DNA of 23,408 nt from Promethearchaeia archaeon (lineage in GTDB: Archaea; Asgardarchaeota; Lokiarchaeia; Sigyniarchaeales; SOKP01), in the NCBI GenBank assembly GCA_029856155.1, contig JAHQWL010000071.1, positions 1-23,408 of the forward strand, in the 5' to 3' direction. Each line of letters begins with the position of its first letter. Position 1 is the stretch's first letter. Of the stretch, positions 16,663 through 23,408 are shown piece after piece. The notes beneath the pieces are model-generated. The model saw only the letters and a list, made by a program, of their open reading frames with translations. It searched no databases and was not told where the DNA came from. Position numbers and translations under genes: made by a program.

Positions 16663-17448
16663 ATGTCTGATTTAAGTAATGTAAAAACAAAAGTAAATTA
16701 TAACGTAGTATGGATATTAGCAAAAAGAGAGTTAATGAGTTTCTGGAGAAACAAATCAAGAGTAATTTCATCAATAGCTCAAGGTTTATTATTTCTTTTC
16801 GTATTTGGTGCAGGATTCTCTCAAATCGCTATAGTTATAGATGGCATTGCCGTTAGTTCACGGGCCTTTAGCGGTTCAGGAATCGCAGCAATGGTTATTT
16901 TATTTACGGGTATATTTGGTGGAATGTCAATTTTCAGAGATAAAATGTTTGGGTTTATGAAGGAGTTAATGGTAGCACCGGTAAGTCGTAGCACTTTGAT
17001 GTTAGGAAGAACAGTAGGAGTAGCTTTACAAACAATGTTACAAGTTGTAATTATGATTGCATTAGGTGTAGCATTTGGATATTTTGGTTATGACCTTAGT
17101 TTAATTTGGCGTGTAATGTTAATAGTACCAGTAGCTTTTTTAGCAAGCCTTGGAATTGTAGGGATAGGGTTAACAATAAGTACACGCTTAAGCGATATGC
17201 AATCTTTTGGATTAATACAGACATTCATAGTAATGCCAATGATGTGGCTATCGGGAGCTTTAATACCACTTCCTCCACAGATAACGATGTTTAATCCCTT
17301 CACATATAGTGTAGATTTGTTCCGATTTGTATTATTAGGTGTTTCCTACTTTCCATTTTGGCTTGATCTACTAATTACAGTTGGTTTTGGAACTGCATTA
17401 ATATTAATCGGAGCCCAGTCTTTTAATAAAATGGAAATAAGCCAATAA
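16663..17448 (+). CDS. DrrB-type ABC-2 permease
   Basis: RD..FGFMKEL.VAPVSR, LSGA..P, NPFTY.VD..R, about six TM segments. Confidence 0.92.
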   Translation: MSDLSNVKTKVNYNVVWILAKRELMSFWRNKSRVISSIAQGLLFLFVFGAGFSQIAIVIDGIAVSSRAFSGSGIAAMVILFTGIFGGMSIFRDKMFGFMKELMVAPVSRSTLMLGRTVGVALQTMLQVVIMIALGVAFGYFGYDLSLIWRVMLIVPVAFLASLGIVGIGLTISTRLSDMQSFGLIQTFIVMPMMWLSGALIPLPPQITMFNPFTYSVDLFRFVLLGVSYFPFWLDLLITVGFGTALILIGAQSFNKMEISQ

Positions 17449-17452
17449 TTAA

Positions 17453-17475
17453 TTTTTTTTGTATAAATTTTTTTT
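17453..17475 (+). terminator. Oligo-T tracts after the DrrB-type permease
   Basis: A T8 tract and a second T-run directly downstream of the stop. Confidence 0.5.
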
Positions 17476-17526
17476 AAATAGATCGTTATTAAACTTGAAT
17501 TAAAATTAATAGCAGCTAGTTGTAAA

Positions 17527-19290
17527 ATGAAATCTGCTCGAATGATATTGAATTATTGGTCAAAATCGAAAAGAGCATTTATCTTACAAATCATATATTT
17601 ATCACTTTCAACAATTTTTAGTACAATAATTCCCATTTTTATAGGGAGAATGGTTGGATTATTGAATCCAAATCTTCCAAGCTTTAATATTATAGCATTC
17701 ATATTGTATTTTTCAAGTATATTACTATGTGGATTATTTACATATATTTTCAATAGAGTTGCTCGGCTTCAAGGAGCTGAAGTTTCATCAAGAGCTTTAT
17801 ATTATCTACGTGATGATATTAGTAATGCAATTTATCGCCAAACTTTTTCATATTTTGATAAAACTGAAACAGGGCAATTAATTTCAAGAGCTACCAGTGA
17901 TATTGAAGAAACTCGACAAATTTTTGGTATGGGTTTAATTTTAGGTTTTCAATCAATTCTTCAGATTAGTGGGATTATTATTGGCTTTATTGCTTTTAGT
18001 TTTGATTTATCAATTATCTTAGTTTCAGCAATTTTTATTTCTCTTTTATTATCATATTATATTGCAAAGAAATTGAAACCAATCTTCCTAGAAACAAGAA
18101 ATAGCTTTGGTGATTTAACTACAACAATAAGGGAAAACATTGTTGGTGCTCAAGTAGTACGGATATTTAGTACTCAAATTAAGGAATCTCAAAAATTTAA
18201 AGAAAATAATACTAGATTCTATAAAGCCAGTGTTAATTCTGTAAAATATAATTCACTTTATATGCCCTCTACTTATATAATTATCGGTGTAATGACAATT
18301 TCTTCATTATTTATAGGGGGTATTAGGTTTATAAATGGAACAATGGATTTAGACACAGTTGTAACTCTTCTTTCATATATAGCATCACTAGGGTTTCCTT
18401 TAATGATGTTAGGCCAAATTATGTTGGTATATATTCAAGCTGATGCCGCACTTACTAGGGTAAGAGATATTTTAGATTCCAATCCAGAAATAAATGATCT
18501 TCCAAATGCATCTCCTATCTCTAATTTAAAAGGCGATATTGATTTTGATAATGTTTGCTTTGAATATACACCTGATCATCGTATTTTAAAGAATATAACA
18601 TTTAAAATTCCAGGTGGAAAAAAACTTGCTATTTTAGGTACTACAGGTTCTGGTAAATCTACTATAATAAATTTAATCCCTCGGTTCTACGAGGTGAACG
18701 AAGGAACCATTAGAATTGATCAAAAAGATATAAGAAATTATTTACTAACTGATTTACGTAAAAATATTGGTATTGTATCACAAGAAACTTTTCTATTCAA
18801 TAAAACGATAGCAGAAAATATTGCGTATGGCAAAGAGGATGCTTCTAAAGATGAAATAATTGAAGTTGCTAAAATTGCTGATTTACATGATTTTATCATA
18901 AATTTACCTAAAGGATATGACTCTATTGTGGGAGAAAGAGGAACACGTTTGTCAGGAGGCCAAAAACAACGACTATCAATAGCTAGAGCTCTTTTAACAC
19001 AACCAAAGATCTTAATTCTTGATGACAGTACTAGTTCCGTCGATGTAGAAACCGAATATAAAATACAACAAGCCTTAACAAGAATAATGAAAGGCATAAC
19101 TTCTATTATTATCACACAGAGAATCTCGACCATTAGAGGAGTGGATTATATTTTAATTTTAGATAGGGGTCGTGTCGTAGGCTTTGGGACTCATAATGAA
19201 TTAATTAAATCAAATGTCTTATATAAACAAATTTATACAACTTTATATCAAAAACAAAAGTCAAAAAGTCGAGTTGGAGAAGGAACATAA
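17527..19290 (+). CDS. Heterodimeric ABC exporter, TM287/TmrB-like subunit (degenerate catalytic residues)
   Basis: TMD+NBD. GTTGSGKST, LSGGQ, Walker B LDDSTS (D replaces the catalytic E), switch ITQR (Q replaces H). Confidence 0.93.
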   Translation: MKSARMILNYWSKSKRAFILQIIYLSLSTIFSTIIPIFIGRMVGLLNPNLPSFNIIAFILYFSSILLCGLFTYIFNRVARLQGAEVSSRALYYLRDDISNAIYRQTFSYFDKTETGQLISRATSDIEETRQIFGMGLILGFQSILQISGIIIGFIAFSFDLSIILVSAIFISLLLSYYIAKKLKPIFLETRNSFGDLTTTIRENIVGAQVVRIFSTQIKESQKFKENNTRFYKASVNSVKYNSLYMPSTYIIIGVMTISSLFIGGIRFINGTMDLDTVVTLLSYIASLGFPLMMLGQIMLVYIQADAALTRVRDILDSNPEINDLPNASPISNLKGDIDFDNVCFEYTPDHRILKNITFKIPGGKKLAILGTTGSGKSTIINLIPRFYEVNEGTIRIDQKDIRNYLLTDLRKNIGIVSQETFLFNKTIAENIAYGKEDASKDEIIEVAKIADLHDFIINLPKGYDSIVGERGTRLSGGQKQRLSIARALLTQPKILILDDSTSSVDVETEYKIQQALTRIMKGITSIIITQRISTIRGVDYILILDRGRVVGFGTHNELIKSNVLYKQIYTTLYQKQKSKSRVGEGT

Positions 19291-19306
19291 TTAGGAACCT
19301 ATAAGT

Positions 19307-21523
19307 ATGAGTAATAATAAATATGAAAATGATGATGAGGAAAGAGAAGAAATAATAAAACCAAGCGCAAGTACTCGTCAACGTTTTATGTTAGAAGGGG
19401 ACAAATCGAAACTAGATCATCCAAGAAAAGAATTATGGAGATGGTTAATTTCATATTTAAAACCTCAAAAATTAGAATTCTTCCTGTACTTTATCTTTCT
19501 TTTGGTGGCAACTGTAATTTCCGCGTTAAGCCCAATTTTTTCTGCAAATATAATTGACAGAGGTATTGTCACGAAAAATACCTATTATATTGTTATAATG
19601 AGTGGAATTTTTCTAATATTAGTTTTAATTATGTCGATCACTAATTATTTTGCATTGTATGGGATGGGGAAAATATCTCAAAAAGTGACTTATCAAATTA
19701 GAAATGATCTTTTTTTTAAACTACAAGATATGTCTTTAAATTATTTTGATAAAAGATCTTCGGGACAAATAATATCTATTTTGACAAACGATGTTACTTT
19801 ACTTAATCAATTAGTCGGAGGACAATTCGTTCAAATTATAACGAGTATGGTTTCGATTGGATTAACTGTCATTTTTATGTTCTTCCTCAATGTGGGGTTA
19901 GCTTTAATTAGTCTGATAGCTTTTCCTATATTTTTTATATTTACTCGATTTTTCAAAAAAGTTGCTACTTTATTATTTAAAGAGGAAAGAAGAACCATAG
20001 GGAAAGTCACTTCTTCAATACAGGAAAATATTGAGGGCGCAAAAGTAGTGAAAGCATATGGGCAAGAAAAACGAGCCTCTATTGAATTTGATCAAGCAAA
20101 TACTGCAAATTATAAAATTATGGTTAAGATCCGAAATTATATGGCAACCATTTTTCCTTTAATCAATCTTACAACAACAATTATTACAGCAACCATTTTA
20201 TTAGTAGGAGGCTTTGTTTCATCTGGTAATATTTCATTTTTCGGGATGGTTGTTTCAGTAGGGGTCTTAAGTGCATTTATCACGATTTTAGGACAATTTT
20301 TTAGACCATTTATGACTTTAATGCAAATTCAAAATGTGATCGAATCTGCTCTTGCAGCTAGTGATCGAATTTATTCGTTATTAGAAGAAGAAGTTGAAAT
20401 CCCTGATATAAAGAATCCAATATTACTTGAAAAAATAAATGGTACTATTGAATTTGATAATGTGAGCTTTGGTTATATACTTAATAACGAAAGAGGGAGA
20501 AATGGTTCCAAGAAACAAAGATTAGTGGAGTCTGATAAAGTTGATGATACTATAACTTCTAAAACCCTTCTAGAGATGGTTAAATTTTTAGAACAGCTAT
20601 TAAGTTCTAAAACAAATCTTCAGCAGAGAAGCAGTTTTAGTGGAGAGGGAGGGGGAATGATTAGTAATGAAAGGGGAAAAAAGTCACCTCAAACTATTTT
20701 GGAAACACTTGCCAAAATATCTATACCACCCGAGATAAATGAAAGAATCCCAAAAATAGTAAAAGATGCAATTAAAGAGCAAAAAATACTCTTTCAACAT
20801 ATAGAATCAAAGGGTTTTGTATTAAAAGATCTCTCTTTTAAAATTCCAGAAGGAATAACATTAGCAATCGTGGGGGAAACTGGGGTAGGTAAAACAACAT
20901 TAATTAAATTAATTGCTCGATTTTATGATGTAAATAAGGGAAAGATGCTTTTAGATGGCGTTGATATACTAAAGCTTAAGAAAAAAGATTTAAGAGATTT
21001 AATCGGAATTGTCCCACAAGAAGCATTTTTATTTACAGGAACTATTCGAGAAAATATACTATATGGATATAATACCCTTACACCAGAACTTGAAGAAAAG
21101 ATGATAGAAGTCTCAAAGTTTTTAGGACTTCATAATTTTATTGATGCTTTATATAAAAATTATGATACTAAGTTAAAAGAAAATGGTAGTAATATTTCAA
21201 TTGGACAACGACAATTGATTGCTTTTGCTCGTGCTTTAATAACCGATCCAAAGATTTTAATATTAGATGAGGCAACATCCTCTGTAGATCCTTATACGGA
21301 AACTTTAATTCAGGATGCTTTGAACAAAGCACGTAAAGGGCGCACAACTATTATTATTGCACATCGTCTTTCAACTATTAAAAATGCTGATCATATAATA
21401 GTATTAAATGCTGATAAGAAAGGAATAATAGAACAAGGAAATCATGAACAGTTAATTGATTTAAACGGAAAATATAAGCGTCTTTTAGAAATGCAACATA
21501 GAGAAATTGAATTTCGAGATTAA
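19307..21523 (+). CDS. Heterodimeric ABC exporter, TM288/TmrA-like subunit with ~110-aa NBD insertion
   Basis: TMD+NBD. GETGVGKTT, degenerate signature ISIGQ, consensus LDEATS and IAHRL. Confidence 0.93.
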   Translation: MSNNKYENDDEEREEIIKPSASTRQRFMLEGDKSKLDHPRKELWRWLISYLKPQKLEFFLYFIFLLVATVISALSPIFSANIIDRGIVTKNTYYIVIMSGIFLILVLIMSITNYFALYGMGKISQKVTYQIRNDLFFKLQDMSLNYFDKRSSGQIISILTNDVTLLNQLVGGQFVQIITSMVSIGLTVIFMFFLNVGLALISLIAFPIFFIFTRFFKKVATLLFKEERRTIGKVTSSIQENIEGAKVVKAYGQEKRASIEFDQANTANYKIMVKIRNYMATIFPLINLTTTIITATILLVGGFVSSGNISFFGMVVSVGVLSAFITILGQFFRPFMTLMQIQNVIESALAASDRIYSLLEEEVEIPDIKNPILLEKINGTIEFDNVSFGYILNNERGRNGSKKQRLVESDKVDDTITSKTLLEMVKFLEQLLSSKTNLQQRSSFSGEGGGMISNERGKKSPQTILETLAKISIPPEINERIPKIVKDAIKEQKILFQHIESKGFVLKDLSFKIPEGITLAIVGETGVGKTTLIKLIARFYDVNKGKMLLDGVDILKLKKKDLRDLIGIVPQEAFLFTGTIRENILYGYNTLTPELEEKMIEVSKFLGLHNFIDALYKNYDTKLKENGSNISIGQRQLIAFARALITDPKILILDEATSSVDPYTETLIQDALNKARKGRTTIIIAHRLSTIKNADHIIVLNADKKGIIEQGNHEQLIDLNGKYKRLLEMQHREIEFRD

Positions 21524-21644
21524 ATACAATTTCAGTAGTATTTAATTAAATGGTTAGTAAAAATTTAACTTTCGATTTTTAATAAAACTAAATTATTATC
21601 TTTTTTTACTCAATATAATAATTTAACAATATTGGTGTATTGTA

Positions 21645-22406
21645 ATTCCATATTTTGAATATTCTAAAAAACAAATATTTTACCAAATTAAGGATAATAA
21701 TTCACAAAATACTCTTATATTCATACATGGATCGGGAGGTAATTCAAATTTCTGGGAGAATCAATTTTATTTAAATATAGATTATAATATAATAGCGATT
21801 GATTTACCTTCACATAATAAATCTAATACATTTCCAGAATTATCTCTAGATTTATATCTTGATGTTGTTAAGAAACTCGTTGATTCATTAAAACCTGAAA
21901 AATTAATTTTAGGAGGTCATTCTTTGGGGGGTGTTGTTATACAAGAATATTACTTTAAACACCCAAATGATATCTCTGCTCTTATTTTATGTGCTACAGG
22001 AGGAAAAATGCGAGTGAGTCAAGTTATCTTTAATTCTATAAAGCCTGACTATCAAGTTTTTTTGAACAATTTGAGAGTAGAGTTATTTTACAGGAAAACT
22101 TCTAAAGACATCATTGAGAATGCGATTTTGGAGACATCTCAAATAGACCCAGAGGTAACTTATGCAGATTTTAAAATTTGTGATGCTTTTGATACATTAG
22201 ATAAGACAAATTCAATTGATGTTCCATGTTTAATAATATGTGGGAAGAATGATCAACTCACCCCTGTAAAATATTCACAATTTTTTCATGATAATATTAA
22301 AAATTCAGAACTTAGCATAATAGATAAAGCTGGTCACGGTGTTATGTTAGAAAAACCTAACCAAGTGAACAAGGTAATAGAGGATTTTATTATTAAGAAT
22401 TTATGA
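21645..22406 (+). CDS. Alpha/beta-fold hydrolase (253 aa), apparent ATT start
   Basis: The ORF-track call (21924) starts inside the nucleophile elbow GHSLGG. The frame is open back to TAA at 21624 and encodes IPYFEY..QIFY, LIFIHGSGG...W..Q and IAIDLPSH.KS. Catalytic D (GKNDQLTP) and H (AGH) are present. Confidence 0.85.
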   Translation: MPYFEYSKKQIFYQIKDNNSQNTLIFIHGSGGNSNFWENQFYLNIDYNIIAIDLPSHNKSNTFPELSLDLYLDVVKKLVDSLKPEKLILGGHSLGGVVIQEYYFKHPNDISALILCATGGKMRVSQVIFNSIKPDYQVFLNNLRVELFYRKTSKDIIENAILETSQIDPEVTYADFKICDAFDTLDKTNSIDVPCLIICGKNDQLTPVKYSQFFHDNIKNSELSIIDKAGHGVMLEKPNQVNKVIEDFIIKNL

Positions 22407-22550
22407 TTCAATTAGTATAATAATCGAGCTGGTAAAAAAACGTTATTACGTAGGGGTGTCCATCTCAGACCTCAAATATATAAGTAAATTTTTCCGCCCT
22501 GACATACATTAAGTTTAAGCCTGAAAATTTCGGAAATTCCTTTTGTATAA

Positions 22551-22700
22551 GTGTTCAAGAGTTTAAAGATTGGCAGTGAAAGTGTAACTGTTATAAAAAG
22601 CATTCCCTCTCGACCTGTAATTTTAGGATATAATGTAGTTTTACTGATTGGTGTGATTTTAGTCGTAATCATTACAATAAAGAGAGTGAAAATAAAATGA
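22551..22700 (+). pseudogene. C-terminal remnant of a surface protein with Loki-CTERM-like anchor
   Basis: Translates to VFKSLKIGSESVTVIKSIPSRPVILGYNVVLLIGVILVVIITIKRVKIK*. I.GY motif + TM helix + basic tail. In-frame stops upstream at 22548 and 22500. Confidence 0.6.
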
Positions 22701-22864
22701 AAATAAAGAAATTAATTGAAGAATTATAGAAATTGAATCCAGAAGGTATCGTCGTTCTTTTTGAATATGAAAGTGATCAATATTATAGAATTTCTGAATT
22801 ACCCGTAGAAGGAGGGGGTAGTATCTATATAATAGGAATTCAAAAGACCAAGAAAAATGAATAA
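22697..22864 (+). pseudogene. Small ORF (55 codons) interrupted by an in-frame TAG
   Basis: MKIKKLIEEL*KLNPEGIVVLFEYESDQYYRISELPVEGGGSIYIIGIQKTKKNE*, with TAG at 22727-22729. ATGA overlap with the preceding stop. Confidence 0.55.
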
Positions 22865-22881
22865 TTTAAATATACTAAATG

Positions 22882-22906
22882 AAAAATTGCGAGATTAGCA
22901 ATTTTT
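22882..22906. promoter_or_regulatory. Inverted repeat AAAAATTGC-N7-GCAATTTTT (operator or hairpin)
   Basis: Perfect 9-bp arms with a 7-nt spacer, between two small ORFs. Confidence 0.35.
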
Positions 22907-22979
22907 AATATAAATTTTATTATTTTGGATTACTATTTTTGATTTTTTTTTTTAAATAATTAGATACTTAAAAATCAGT

Positions 22980-23246
22980 ATGAAGTTACCAAAGAATTTA
23001 CAAAAGAAGAACTTAGCCAAAAACAATCAATTAGTCTTTAATTTAATAGATAAGCAGAAAGGATTTTCTTACAAAAAACAATGCGAAAATTGTCAAAAAA
23101 TAAAACGATGTGCTTCCATTACATTTCACCACCCCAAAACCACACTCTATCTGTGCAAACCATGTTATATATCGATATTTTGTAATTCCTCCAAAAAAAT
23201 GACAAAAGAGGAGTTAATTAATAAATATGAACAATTTCTAGTTTAA
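22980..23246 (+). CDS. Small basic zinc-ribbon protein, function unknown
   Basis: 88 aa, CENC...LCKPC pair, Lys-rich. Confidence 0.6.
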   Translation: MKLPKNLQKKNLAKNNQLVFNLIDKQKGFSYKKQCENCQKIKRCASITFHHPKTTLYLCKPCYISIFCNSSKKMTKEELINKYEQFLV

Positions 23247-23408
23247 CCTGTGATTGTTTTTTCTTAATTTCTTCTTACTTTCGATTAATACATTAAGTAA
23301 AATATAAATTGAGGTTTTCCTTTTCTATCTTTATCCCAAATAGGACTAAATCATCCCCAATCATCTTTATATCCTCTCGTATCAGCAAAAATTACAAAAA
23401 AAATAGTC

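Noticed and set aside
40-19133. Shadow ORFs from the track (40-558, 1839-2021, 4088-4423, 5613-5921, 7520-8650 set, 9459-9671, 11822-12013, 13501-13725, 14407-14616, 14807-14998, 15927-16774, 17088-17303, 17106-17294, 17553-17753, 18738-19133)
   Set aside because: They are antisense or out-of-frame overlaps of well-supported genes and carry no recognisable motifs.
17527-19290. Degenerate Walker B and switch residues as pseudogenisation
   Set aside because: This is the normal asymmetry of TM287/288-type heterodimeric exporters.
16138-20818. ABC insertions as inteins or introns
   Set aside because: No N-terminal Cys/Ser splice block with a C-terminal His-Asn, no homing endonuclease motifs, and both inserts are in frame with protein-like composition.
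21924-22406. 160-aa hydrolase as called by the ORF track
   Set aside because: Its start falls just after the catalytic Ser. The real gene extends upstream to about 21645.
22441-22475. TAGGGGTGTC as a transposon end or dif site
   Set aside because: No matching second end, no transposase, and no Xer-type 11-6-11 inverted repeat.
22472-22672. 66-aa minus-strand ORF
   Set aside because: It is antisense to the better-supported CTERM-like frame and has no motif.
23285-23407. Minus-strand frame ...DDWG-TGA-FSPIW... as selenocysteine readthrough
   Set aside because: It is truncated by the window edge, has no redox-motif context and no recognisable SECIS. The TGA may simply be a stop.

Overview
AT-rich archaeal chromosomal window, most likely Asgard (Lokiarchaeia-like). 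This assignment is inferred from an archaeal-type IleRS C-terminus, a tetraether lipid synthase, a stand-alone longin domain, a Loki-CTERM-like anchor, TATA-type promoters and oligo-T terminators. Left part: ileS (3' end), cysS, an SRPBCC/START-fold gene and a Tes/GDGT-MAS radical SAM gene. A 690-bp intergenic gap follows, containing a compact GC-enriched, self-complementary ~122-nt element (candidate novel ncRNA). Middle: small membrane protein, polyproline plus 8-ligand Zn finger with TFIIH-p44-like spacing, AbrB/ACT-like protein, longin protein, a protein made of 10-11 tandem 35-aa repeats, a hypothetical protein and a DUF362 Fe-S protein. Right: a PadR-headed cluster with two ABC-2 exporters, a membrane-anchored glycoprotein, a TM287/288-type heterodimeric exporter and an alpha/beta hydrolase that appears to start at ATT. 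Two of the ABC proteins carry ~100-aa insertions that end in a similar helical motif. The last 1 kb holds gene remnants and small ORFs. No CRISPR array, rRNA, tRNA or intact mobile element was seen. All family calls come from motif recognition by eye; no searches were run.
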